From an uncultured Chitinophagales bacterium (GTDB taxonomy: Bacteria > Bacteroidota > Ignavibacteria > UBA10030 > UBA6906): a stretch of DNA of 52,466 nucleotides. Location: the NCBI GenBank assembly GCA_964538485.1, contig CAZIHJ010000007.1, positions 1 to 52,466 on the forward strand. The letters run 5' to 3'. The position numbers were made by a program, and so were the translations under genes. Shown one piece after another: positions 39,204 through 47,692 of this stretch (within the stretch, counting starts at the first letter, position 1; each line of letters opens with the position of its first letter). The notes under the pieces were generated by a model that was not told where the DNA came from, searched no databases, and was given only the letters and a program-made list of their open reading frames with translations.

Positions 39204-39760
39204 AATGCCATTTCCGTTCTGAAATACTCCAGACGTGTTCGCATTTTCTTCAATCCACGAAACAGATGGGTTTTTACCGTTCCTTCCGAGCATGCAAGTA
39301 TTCCACTTACCTGTTTTGTTGAGAGCCCTTCGATATGGCGGAGCAGCACTACCGCTCTTTGGAGTGTGGGCAGTTCGTGTAATGCCTTTTCAATGTGTGT
39401 TCGTAGTTCCCCGTTCTCCGGTGTCTCCTGTGCGGCATAGGGAGTATGGTGTTCTCGCTCTTCATTGAGGGCGAAACGTGCCCCATGTGCCTTCTCTTTT
39501 TTTACACGGTTGAGTGCCATGTTGGTGACGATGCGATACAGCCACGTGGAAAACTCGGCATCTCCGCGAAAGGATGGTAAACCTTGATACACACGGACGA
39601 ACGCCTCCTGTGCCACGTCTTCGGCCTGTTCGTGGTTACGGAGAAATCCATGTGAGATGTTGTACGCCTGCTTCATGTAGCGCTCAACGAGCTGGCGGAA
39701 TGCCTCATGGTTTCCCTCCTGTGCTGCAATGATGAGTTGCCGTTCATCGGCAACGCCCAT
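39200..39760 (-). CDS. ECF RNA polymerase sigma factor (copy 2)
   Basis: AFRQLVERY, AEDVAQEAF, FSTWLYRIVTN, GTVKTHLFRG; start placed at ATG 39760. Confidence 0.95.
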   Translation of the reverse strand: MGVADERQLIIAAQEGNHEAFRQLVERYMKQAYNISHGFLRNHEQAEDVAQEAFVRVYQGLPSFRGDAEFSTWLYRIVTNMALNRVKKEKAHGARFALNEEREHHTPYAAQETPENGELRTHIEKALHELPTLQRAVVLLRHIEGLSTKQVSGILACSEGTVKTHLFRGLKKMRTRLEYFRTEMAL

Positions 39761-39791
39761 GTGGAGAACCTGTTCATGTGTTTGGTGATGT

Positions 39792-39821
39792 TTAGACAAG
39801 ACAGGGAGGCAATCGGTTGAC
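39792..39821 (-). promoter_or_regulatory. ECF-type promoter upstream of sigma copy 2
   Basis: Minus strand GTCAAC-CGATTGCCTCCCTGTCTT-GTCTAA (AAC-N18-GTCTAA), ending 31 nt before the ATG. Confidence 0.7.
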
Positions 39822-39900
39822 ATATGAAGGAGGATGTTTTGAGATATAACTACGTTTGGAGGGGTCAAAAGATACGGAAGGGAGCCATGTTAAAAACACC

Positions 39901-39929
39901 GTGCCGCCCGGTGAACAACCGGACGGCAC
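39901..39929 (-). terminator. Intrinsic terminator after SdrD-B protein A
   Basis: 11-bp stem GTGCCGTCCGG/CCGGGCGGCAC with one G-U pair on the minus strand, followed by GGTGTTTTT. Confidence 0.7.
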
Positions 39930-39960
39930 AATGGAGGCAGAAAAGAACAACCTTGTCTTT

Positions 39961-42789
39961 TTACCGCAGGAGGCTCATTTTCTTCATTTCCACAACATCG
40001 CCGGACCGCATCTGGTAGAAATAGATACCACTACCAACCTGCATACCGTTAGCGTCGCGGCCATCCCAGGTAACTTCATGCATGCCGGCTTCGATCATGC
40101 CATCCATCAATGTGCGGACTTCCTGGCCAAGTGTATTGTAGATTTTCAACGTAACCTGGCTCGCCTCGGGAACCACGAAATAGATTGCAGTTTCCGGATT
40201 GAACGGATTAGGATAGTTCTGCATCAACTGGGCCGTGGTCGGAATCTCTTCCTGACCGGCAATACCACTTCTGTTCAGCGGACATCCCTGCTCGTTGAAG
40301 TCCTCGAAGATATTCTTCAGGGTTTCGTAGTTCGAGCTGTTTCCAGGATACACATTGTTGAACATGGTGATCACTTGTTGCGTAGTCAGATTATAGTCGA
40401 TACCGTCTGACTTCGCGTTCAGGAGGGCTGCCACAGTATGACGTCCGAGAGCATTGAGGCCGCCACCGTTTAGCTGCAGTACCTGCAACAAGGTCTTGCT
40501 GCCGAATGCGTTGTCAAACACATCCTTGAATTTTGTCCACGGCTTATACGGATAAGGCCATGAATCGTAGTGCTGGCACTGTTTCCAGTAACCAGGTGTA
40601 CAGCCGTCTCCACCGCTTTGCTCGCAGTATCCAAAATCAATCGTGAGGTCGACCTTGGTGTCTGTCGAAAGAACCACACTCGACGGACTGCAGTTGCTGT
40701 TGGAGCCGTTGCTGGCTACGTTGCTGCATGTCGTTGCGGTATACCCGGGCGGCAATGTGCTTGTTTCGACTTTTACCGAATAGCATCCTGCGCACAAGCC
40801 TGCAAATTCATAGTAACCATTTGCATCGGTTACTGTGGTTTTGATCTGGTTGTCAGGACCGTATAATTTTACTGTCACACCCGCAATGCCCGGTTCACCG
40901 GTGTCCTGGTATCCATCGCAGTCAGTGTCTTTCCAGACACGGTCACCGATCTTCCCTGAACACTGTGGCGGTGGAACGCAACCGAACTCCAGCTTTCTGA
41001 TCTTGAACTGGTCTTCCGGAGTCGTGTCCGCGATATCGGCCGCGATCACCAAAACGTTCGCAAAAATCTGCCCGCCGTTGAAGCTCGCCCATCGGGCACT
41101 ACTGCTGCCTGTTTCGTTTTGCTCGGTGAGCATGCCGGATAGTACGGCATCACTGAGGGTGGTATGGTTGTTGAATGGGTCAGCCAGGGTTCCGAACCAT
41201 ATGGAGATATCGCTATCCGTTACGATCGCATCGAGGAAGGCACGGGTCAGCACGACCGGTGTGGAAAACTCGAACAACACGTAGTTGTTCTTGTCGATGT
41301 TGTCCACCCGATGAGAACCGTTTCCGCCGCTGCCCTCGTATCTATCGGTGACGCCGAGACCCGAACTATACAATCCGAGGTAACCGGTCTCCCAGGTGGC
41401 AGCATTCTTGAACCGACTGAACGCGCTCACCTTTACTGAGATGCCGTTGACCGTAAAGGTGCGGATGTTGCCATATGTCCCGGATGTTGACGTGTTCCCA
41501 GTAAAAGAGAATATGCCGGACACGCATGGCGGTGGTTCGCAATAGCCAAAATCAATAGTGCGATCCTCGCTGGTGTTTGTCTCAAGACAAACAGGTGCAG
41601 GGCTACAATTACTATTATTAGCAACGTTCGGAGCGTTAGTACATGTGGTTGGTGTATAACCTGCAGGAAGGGTCGTTACATCGACAACGATAGTATAACA
41701 TTCGGCGCACAAACCGGCAAACTCATAGTATCCGTTTGCGTTTGTTGTTGTAGTTGCAAGGACGTTATCGTTGCCATCAAGAAGCTTCACCGTAACACCG
41801 GCAATCCCCGGTTCACCGGCGTCTTGAATACCGTCACAATCGAGATCCTTCCAAACAAAATCACCGATCAGGCCTTCACAAGAAATCGGTACTGACAACG
41901 CGGAAGCAACCCATGTAAATGATGCAGGCCGCTCCTCGGGCGTATTCTCATCTTCATCGCCACCCGGACCGGAGATTGCCTGAACAGTGACTTCAGTTTC
42001 TCCTGCGGGGATATTGACGTTCAATGAGTAGGTATCCCATTCCTCTCCTTCGTTGCTGTTCAAAACGTCATCGTAGTTCGTTGTGATCCCACCGACAGTC
42101 ACACTGATCCGGCTCGGACGAAGAATCCCGCCTGTTGATGCTGTTCCCTGAACACTCGAAAAGAACATATTGAGTGGTGCTATTCGGGCCGAAGTTGAAG
42201 GTGCAAACGTGAAGGTTTGAGCAACCGATGCATCAAGCGGGCTGGCAAAGAATCTATACAAACAGTCATTTCCATCACTCAATTGAAGGTCCACATCGTT
42301 GCCATCGTCATAGATAACGAGGATGCCGGCTCCGTTTGCTGCGCGATCATAGATAAGTCCCTCTACTGAAACAGCATTTGCTCCGTCAGTTATCACATTC
42401 AGGGATGTAATATCTGCACGATACGTTGTGCTGTACGTGGGTGTCGTACCGCCCGTGAGGAAGAAATTTGTCGGACCACCGATAAGGGTGCCCGTCACGG
42501 CGTTGCCATTGACCACAATGTCCTCATCGCCAGTGGCACTGAAATTCTGGCCCTCCCAGTACAGTAGTACCTGCTGTACGGTTGCTCCGGCCGGGACGTT
42601 GATATTGATGATACCCGGCTGAGTCAGGAGCCCGACTCCTGCAGCTGCAATACCCGATCCTCCGGCGATTGCGATTGAAGGTGCGCCAAGAGTCTCTGTT
42701 CCATCTGCGAGCAGTGGAGAGATGCTCGACAGCATCAATAGCAGAACAGCAACCCCACACCTCCAGGAATTGGAGACGAAGTTATTCAT
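39961..42789 (-). CDS. Secreted SdrD-B-repeat protein A with T9SS/FlgD-like C-terminal domain
   Basis: Signal peptide, N-domain, SdrD-B (IGDFVWKDLDCDGIQD...DFGY), X domain, second SdrD-B, GCTPGYWK domain, QNYPNPFNPET...GIYFY CTD. Confidence 0.88.
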   Translation of the reverse strand: MNNFVSNSWRCGVAVLLLMLSSISPLLADGTETLGAPSIAIAGGSGIAAAGVGLLTQPGIININVPAGATVQQVLLYWEGQNFSATGDEDIVVNGNAVTGTLIGGPTNFFLTGGTTPTYSTTYRADITSLNVITDGANAVSVEGLIYDRAANGAGILVIYDDGNDVDLQLSDGNDCLYRFFASPLDASVAQTFTFAPSTSARIAPLNMFFSSVQGTASTGGILRPSRISVTVGGITTNYDDVLNSNEGEEWDTYSLNVNIPAGETEVTVQAISGPGGDEDENTPEERPASFTWVASALSVPISCEGLIGDFVWKDLDCDGIQDAGEPGIAGVTVKLLDGNDNVLATTTTNANGYYEFAGLCAECYTIVVDVTTLPAGYTPTTCTNAPNVANNSNCSPAPVCLETNTSEDRTIDFGYCEPPPCVSGIFSFTGNTSTSGTYGNIRTFTVNGISVKVSAFSRFKNAATWETGYLGLYSSGLGVTDRYEGSGGNGSHRVDNIDKNNYVLFEFSTPVVLTRAFLDAIVTDSDISIWFGTLADPFNNHTTLSDAVLSGMLTEQNETGSSSARWASFNGGQIFANVLVIAADIADTTPEDQFKIRKLEFGCVPPPQCSGKIGDRVWKDTDCDGYQDTGEPGIAGVTVKLYGPDNQIKTTVTDANGYYEFAGLCAGCYSVKVETSTLPPGYTATTCSNVASNGSNSNCSPSSVVLSTDTKVDLTIDFGYCEQSGGDGCTPGYWKQCQHYDSWPYPYKPWTKFKDVFDNAFGSKTLLQVLQLNGGGLNALGRHTVAALLNAKSDGIDYNLTTQQVITMFNNVYPGNSSNYETLKNIFEDFNEQGCPLNRSGIAGQEEIPTTAQLMQNYPNPFNPETAIYFVVPEASQVTLKIYNTLGQEVRTLMDGMIEAGMHEVTWDGRDANGMQVGSGIYFYQMRSGDVVEMKKMSLLR

Positions 42790-43057
42790 GTTTCCCCTTT
42801 ATTATGATTTGTTAGTGATGATGAGTTAGATGATTGATTGCATGCGAAAGAAACAGCCACGATTAGCTGAATGAAAGCACTAATCCGGCGGACAATTGAA
42901 CACTTTGGAATATGAGAGCAGGGGAGGGGAATTGCCTTCCGGTTCTAATGGAAGACGTGTGTAGAATAATGAAAGGGGATGACTCGCAGTGTACCGTCGC
43001 GCACAAATCCGATCGTTTATCGGATAGACATGATTTACTTGATTACAGGAACAAGAA

Positions 43058-43095
43058 GAAGCGCCGTTCCCACTCTTTCGAATGGAAACGGCGCT
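43058..43095 (-). terminator. Long-stem, probably bidirectional terminator after SdrD-B protein B; a second hairpin lies at about 43115-43142
   Basis: 17-bp stem AAGCGCCGTTTCCATTC-GAAA-GAGTGGGAACGGCGCTT, A-run before and TCTTCTT after on the minus strand. Confidence 0.8.
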
Positions 43096-43145
43096 TTTTC
43101 AATAAACCACCAGAGAACCTGAGGAGTGTACCCTCAGGGTTCACT

Positions 43146-46019
43146 TTACTTCAAGAGACTCATCTTCTTGACGGAAGTGAAGTCCTTTGCCCGCAACACG
43201 TACATGTACATACCGCTGCTGAGCTTGTTCCCTTGATTGTCTGTTGCATCCCAACGCATCGAGTAGGAACCTGCCTCGAGATTGCCTTCGACCAGGGTTT
43301 TTACTTCCTGACCGAGCGTGTTGTAGATGCGCAGAGTGACATCGCCTGCCTCAGGAATGAGGAATGCAATTTCCGTTTCCGGATTGAACGGATTCGGGTA
43401 GTTCTGCATCAACTGATATGTTGTTGGCGTGCTCTCAGTTGTCGGATCTTCGGTCTCGTCGCCAGGAATCTCAGGGTTTGCTGCTCCTGATGGGCCTGTC
43501 GGGCAGATGACTTCGATCTTCCTGATCTTGAACCAGTCTTCCGGATTCGTGTCCATAACATCGGCCGCGATAACCAGAACATTGGCCGTGACCTGACCAC
43601 CGTTGAATGATGCCCAACGAGCGCTGCTGCTTGTCGTTGTATTCTGCTCGGTCACCATGCTGGCAAGCACAGCATCACTCAGATTCAGGTGGTTCGTGTA
43701 TGGCGAAGCAAATGTTCCGTACCACACCGAGATATCGCTGTCAGTCAACACTGCATCAAGATATGCCCTGGTGATTGTGACAGGAGTGGAGAACTCGAAC
43801 AGAACGTAATTGTTCTTGTCAATGTTGTCCACGCGGTGTTTGTTGGAACCACCAGAACCCTCGTACTTATCCGTAACGCCGAAGCCATAGCTGTAAAGGC
43901 CAAGGTACGCTTTGTCCCATGTCGCTGAAGTCTTCAGTCGGCTGAATGCACTCACCTTGACTGAGATGCCGTTGACTGTGAAGGTGCGGATGTTACCCGC
44001 TGTTCCACAGGTTGATGTACTGCCGCAGAACGTGAATGTCACCGGAACACACGGCGGTGGCGGACAATAACCGAAGTCGATCGTCAGATTTGTGCTCGAA
44101 TTCGAGCTGAGCACAACCGTCGCAGGACTGCAATTACTGTTGGTACCGCTTGTTGAACTGTTGCTGCAAGTGGTTGCCTTGTATCCGGTGGGCAATGTTG
44201 AAGTATCAACCTTTATCTTATAGCAACCGGCGCAAAGGTTGGTGAAATAGTATTTCCCGTATGCGTCAGTCACAGTTGAATCTAGAATTGCGTTGGTATT
44301 GCCATTGAGCAGATATACCTTGACGCCAGCAATACCGGGTTCATCGCTGTCCTGGCAGCCATCGCAATCCTTGTCCTTCCATACCTTGTCTCCAATTTTA
44401 CCCGAACACTGTGGCGGCGGGCAATAACCGAAGTCAATGGTCAGATTTGTGCTTGAGTTTGTGCTTAACACAACTGTTGCCGGACTGCAGTTACTATTCG
44501 TTCCGCTTGTGGAGCTATTGCTGCAAGTTGTAGCAGTGTAGCCGGCAGGCAGAGTAGAGGTGTTGACCTTGATCTTGTAGCAGCCTGCACAGAGGTTATT
44601 GAAGTAGTAATATCCGTCTGCATCCGTCACGGTTGAGTCGAGAATTGCATTCGTATTACCGTCCAGCAAATAGATCTTAACACCAGCAATACCAGGTTCT
44701 CCGCTATCCTGGTAGCCGTCACAATCCACATCCTTCCAGACCTTGTCACCGATTTTGCCGGAACATTCCGGTGGTGCACAATAGCCGAAGTCGATGGTAC
44801 GATCTTCGCTGGCGTCTGTGGTCAAGCACACAGGTGCCGGGCTGCAATTGCTGTTGTTGCCGATATTTGCATCGTTGCTGCACGTTGTCGGTGTGTAACC
44901 GGCCGGAATTGTGCTCGCATCGACGACAACTGTGTAGCAAGCGGCGCACAGTCCTGTAAACTCATAATATCCGTTGGCATCTGTAGTCGTTGTTGCAATG
45001 ACGTTGTTGCCCGCATCAAGCAGGTTCACTGTGACATTTGGTATGCCGGGTTCTCCGCCATCCTGAACGCCATCGCAATCAAGATCTTTCCATACGAAGT
45101 CGCCAATCAGTCCCGTGCAGGGCATTGAGAGTGAAGACGCAATCCACGTAAATGATGCCGGACGGGGAATGTCATTGTCTGGATCTTCATCACCGGCAGG
45201 ACCGGAGGTTGCTTGTACGGTGATTTCTGTAACTCCGGCAGGAATGTTGACGCTGAGACTGTACGTGTCCCACTCCTCGCCGTCATTGCTGTTCAGAACA
45301 TCGTCATAATCTGTCGTGATGCCATCGACGGTAACGCTCACTCTGTTTGGACGCTGTGAGCCGCCGGTGGAAACAGTTCCTTCGACGCTTGAGAAGAACA
45401 TTGCCAGAGACGCTACACGTGCCGTTGAGGAGGCCGGGAATGTATACGTCTGGGCAACCGAGCCATCCAGAGGTGGAGCGAAGAACTTGTATACGCAGTC
45501 GTTTCCATCACGCATCTGAATGCTCGCGCCGGAACCATCATCATAAACGACATACAAACCCGCACCGTTTGCAGCACGGTCATACACAAGACCTCCAACA
45601 GAAACGGCATTAGCACCCGGACTCACAACATTCAATGCAGTGATGTCCGCGCGGAATGTGGTGCTGTATGTCGGAGTAACTCCGTTCGTGAGGAAAAACA
45701 GTGTGGGCCCGCCGATCAATGTGCCCGTCACTTCGGTTCCATTGACCTCAATTGTTTCGTCTCCTGTTGCTGAGAAGTTCTGTCCTTCCCAGTAAATGAG
45801 TACTTGTTCAACAGACGCACCTGCCGGTACGTTGATGTTGATGATGCCGGGTTGACCCAGTGTGAGTCCTACACCTGCTGCAGAGAAACCGGAGCCGGTT
45901 GCAACCGTGGTTGCACCGAGTGTCTCGGTGCCATCCGCAAGAGCAACGTTTGCGAATAGCACGCTCAGACAGACGAGTGCTACGATACGCAGCCGTCCGA
46001 GTGTTGGTAGCGCTAACAT
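43146..46019 (-). CDS. Secreted SdrD-B-repeat protein B with T9SS/FlgD-like C-terminal domain
   Basis: Signal peptide from ATG 46019 (GGGGG SD-like), N-domain, three SdrD-B repeats, X domain, acidic linker, QNYPNPFNPET CTD. Confidence 0.88.
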   Translation of the reverse strand: MLALPTLGRLRIVALVCLSVLFANVALADGTETLGATTVATGSGFSAAGVGLTLGQPGIININVPAGASVEQVLIYWEGQNFSATGDETIEVNGTEVTGTLIGGPTLFFLTNGVTPTYSTTFRADITALNVVSPGANAVSVGGLVYDRAANGAGLYVVYDDGSGASIQMRDGNDCVYKFFAPPLDGSVAQTYTFPASSTARVASLAMFFSSVEGTVSTGGSQRPNRVSVTVDGITTDYDDVLNSNDGEEWDTYSLSVNIPAGVTEITVQATSGPAGDEDPDNDIPRPASFTWIASSLSMPCTGLIGDFVWKDLDCDGVQDGGEPGIPNVTVNLLDAGNNVIATTTTDANGYYEFTGLCAACYTVVVDASTIPAGYTPTTCSNDANIGNNSNCSPAPVCLTTDASEDRTIDFGYCAPPECSGKIGDKVWKDVDCDGYQDSGEPGIAGVKIYLLDGNTNAILDSTVTDADGYYYFNNLCAGCYKIKVNTSTLPAGYTATTCSNSSTSGTNSNCSPATVVLSTNSSTNLTIDFGYCPPPQCSGKIGDKVWKDKDCDGCQDSDEPGIAGVKVYLLNGNTNAILDSTVTDAYGKYYFTNLCAGCYKIKVDTSTLPTGYKATTCSNSSTSGTNSNCSPATVVLSSNSSTNLTIDFGYCPPPPCVPVTFTFCGSTSTCGTAGNIRTFTVNGISVKVSAFSRLKTSATWDKAYLGLYSYGFGVTDKYEGSGGSNKHRVDNIDKNNYVLFEFSTPVTITRAYLDAVLTDSDISVWYGTFASPYTNHLNLSDAVLASMVTEQNTTTSSSARWASFNGGQVTANVLVIAADVMDTNPEDWFKIRKIEVICPTGPSGAANPEIPGDETEDPTTESTPTTYQLMQNYPNPFNPETEIAFLIPEAGDVTLRIYNTLGQEVKTLVEGNLEAGSYSMRWDATDNQGNKLSSGMYMYVLRAKDFTSVKKMSLLK
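44064..45119 (-). repeat. Three tandem intragenic SdrD-B repeats (44778-45119, 44421-44765, 44064-44408)
   Basis: 114-115 aa units; repeats 2 and 3 are near-identical in protein with many synonymous DNA differences. Confidence 0.9.
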
Positions 46020-46157
46020 ATACTTACCCCCTATATTGTGGATTGTGTGAGTTACGTGAATTGCCATTGCCATGTTTATGACTGAAATTGAGGAGTACTT
46101 TGATCCCGCAGTTGATTGCGGGAAATGAACAATGTTAGATTTCTTTTGACGAAGAGA

Positions 46158-46173
46158 TGCGTACGCCGTGCCC
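46158..46173 (-). promoter_or_regulatory. Possible sigma54-like motif upstream of SdrD-B protein B
   Basis: GGGCACGGCGTACGCA has exact GG-N10-GC spacing and GGCACG, but lacks the TT before GC. Confidence 0.3.
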
Positions 46174-46271
46174 CCTAAGGCTACGATTCAGTTCTGAAGT
46201 TGATTCTAAGAAGTGTAGGCAATCAAGACGTGGCTCCGGGGAAAAGCCATATTGCCAGAACGTACGGTGTA

Positions 46272-46300
46272 AATATACACATACGTCGCATATGTTTCAA
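46272..46300 (-). promoter_or_regulatory. Sigma70-type promoter upstream of SdrD-B protein B
   Basis: TTGAAA-N17-TATATT with a TG extended -10 and T-tracts upstream of -35 (46305-46328). Confidence 0.5.
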
Positions 46301-46398
46301 AGAGAAAAAAATGCAGGGAGAAAAAAAATAATCTTGAGTCTGATTCAGGTCAACTAGACGACCCGCACGAAAACTGTTTCGGTGACTGGTGTCACCTG

Positions 46399-47604
46399 TT
46401 AGGGCATTGCCTCGACGACCACGGCGACTCCCTGGCCCACCCCGATGCACATCGTCGCCAAACCGTAGCGGCCGTGTTGTCGTGTGAGTTCGTGGACAAG
46501 TGTCGTCACGATTCGTGCGCCGCTGCATCCAAGGGGATGACCGAGGGCTATTGCCCCGCCGTTTGGATTCAGCTTCGATAGTTGAATGTGAAGGTCTCGC
46601 GCAACAGCAATAGATTGCGCGGCAAATGCCTCGTTGAGCTCAATAATATCGATTTTCTCCATCGACAGCCCGCCCTTGGCAAGGGCCTTTTGGGATGCAG
46701 TGACGGGGCCAATTCCCATGAAACGCGGGTCGACTCCAGCGATGCCAGTGGAGAGAATCCTCGCCAGCGGTTTTCGTCCCAGAGAATTTGCCTTCGATTC
46801 TTCCATAAGAAGAACTCCTGCGGCTCCATCGTTCAGGGAAGATGAATTTCCGGCCGTCACCGACCCTCCTTTGCGGAATACCGGTTCGAGCTGGGAGAGT
46901 TTCTCCAGTGACGTGTCACCCCGTGGCCCCTCGTCCTTATCGATGATGGTGACCTGCCCTTTTTTCCCCGTGACTTGGACTGCGACAATTTCTTGGGTGA
47001 ACTTTCCAGACGTTTGCGACGCAGCCGCTTTTTGATGGCTTGCGAGAGCGAATTCATCCTGTTCGCGTCTCCCAATACCATATTTCTCAGCAACATTTTC
47101 TGCGGTCTCTCCCATGCTCTCAAGGGGAAACATCTCTTTCATTCTGGGGTTCGGATAGCGCCAGCCGAGTGCGGTATCGTAAGCAGTGACATTGCCGAAA
47201 GCACCCGAGTGGTTCTTCGCAATAGAATAGGGTGCCCGGCTCATGCTTTCCACACCTCCTGCCACCACTACATCGGCGTCACCTGACCAGATTGCCCGTG
47301 CGCCTTGAATGATACAATCGAGACTTGAACCACAGAGACGGTTGATTGTGTTGGCGGGAACGGAGTATGGAAGTCCGGCGAGCAGGGCGCTCATCCTTCC
47401 AACATTGCGATTGTCTTCCCCGGCTTGATTTGCACATCCCCACATTACATCGTCGATCGAAACCGGATCGATTCCGGATTGCTCCACGAGTGCTTTGATG
47501 ACAACTGCACCGAGATCATCCGGACGAACATCGCGGAGAACGCCCCCATATTTTCCGATGGGAGTACGAAGGGCACTGACGATGACGACGTTTCGCTGTT
47601 GCAT
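46399..47604 (-). CDS. Acetyl-CoA C-acyltransferase (thiolase, PaaJ/PcaF-like)
   Basis: NRLCGSS catalytic Cys, NEAFAAQ, GGAIALGHPLGCSG, TMCIGVGQG. Confidence 0.95.
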   Translation of the reverse strand: MQQRNVVIVSALRTPIGKYGGVLRDVRPDDLGAVVIKALVEQSGIDPVSIDDVMWGCANQAGEDNRNVGRMSALLAGLPYSVPANTINRLCGSSLDCIIQGARAIWSGDADVVVAGGVESMSRAPYSIAKNHSGAFGNVTAYDTALGWRYPNPRMKEMFPLESMGETAENVAEKYGIGRREQDEFALASHQKAAASQTSGKFTQEIVAVQVTGKKGQVTIIDKDEGPRGDTSLEKLSQLEPVFRKGGSVTAGNSSSLNDGAAGVLLMEESKANSLGRKPLARILSTGIAGVDPRFMGIGPVTASQKALAKGGLSMEKIDIIELNEAFAAQSIAVARDLHIQLSKLNPNGGAIALGHPLGCSGARIVTTLVHELTRQHGRYGLATMCIGVGQGVAVVVEAMP

Positions 47605-47642
47605 TTGTTCTGATTCTTCTGGGGAGAAGATGCCGGAAAAAC

Positions 47643-47669
47643 AAAAGGGACAAGCATCTTGTCCCCTTT
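47643..47669 (-). terminator. Intrinsic terminator after the DUF1573 gene
   Basis: Minus strand AAAGGGGACAAG-ATG-CTTGTCCCTTTT followed by GTTTTT. Confidence 0.75.
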
Positions 47670-47692
47670 ATCGGTGGAGGTATCCTTGCGGA

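Noticed and set aside
42844-42859. Sigma54-like TGGCTGTTTCTTTCGC upstream of SdrD-B protein A
   Set aside because: GG-to-GC spacing is 11 nt rather than the strict 10, and the -24 context is poor.
43058-43095. CCATTCGAAAGAGTGGGA (minus strand) matches, from memory, the P2 stem of the Vibrio c-di-GMP-I riboswitch
   Set aside because: The flanking GGCAAA and CGCAAAGCC elements and the P3 receptor stem are missing. The segment is the top of a 17-bp terminator stem directly after a stop codon.
39961-46019. Diversity-generating retroelement or recent gene conversion between the SdrD-B repeats
   Set aside because: No reverse transcriptase in the window, and the repeat differences are scattered synonymous changes rather than adenine-specific ones.
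46020-46073. His/Thr-rich in-frame extension MAMAIHVTHTIHNIGGKY as a leader peptide or true N-terminus
   Set aside because: No SD before ATG 46073, whereas ATG 46019 has an SD-like GGGGG and opens a normal signal peptide.
46354-46381. GAAAC...GTCTAG (minus strand) resembling the ECF motif
   Set aside because: Spacer is 16 rather than 18 nt, the last base differs, and it lies more than 330 nt from the next start codon.
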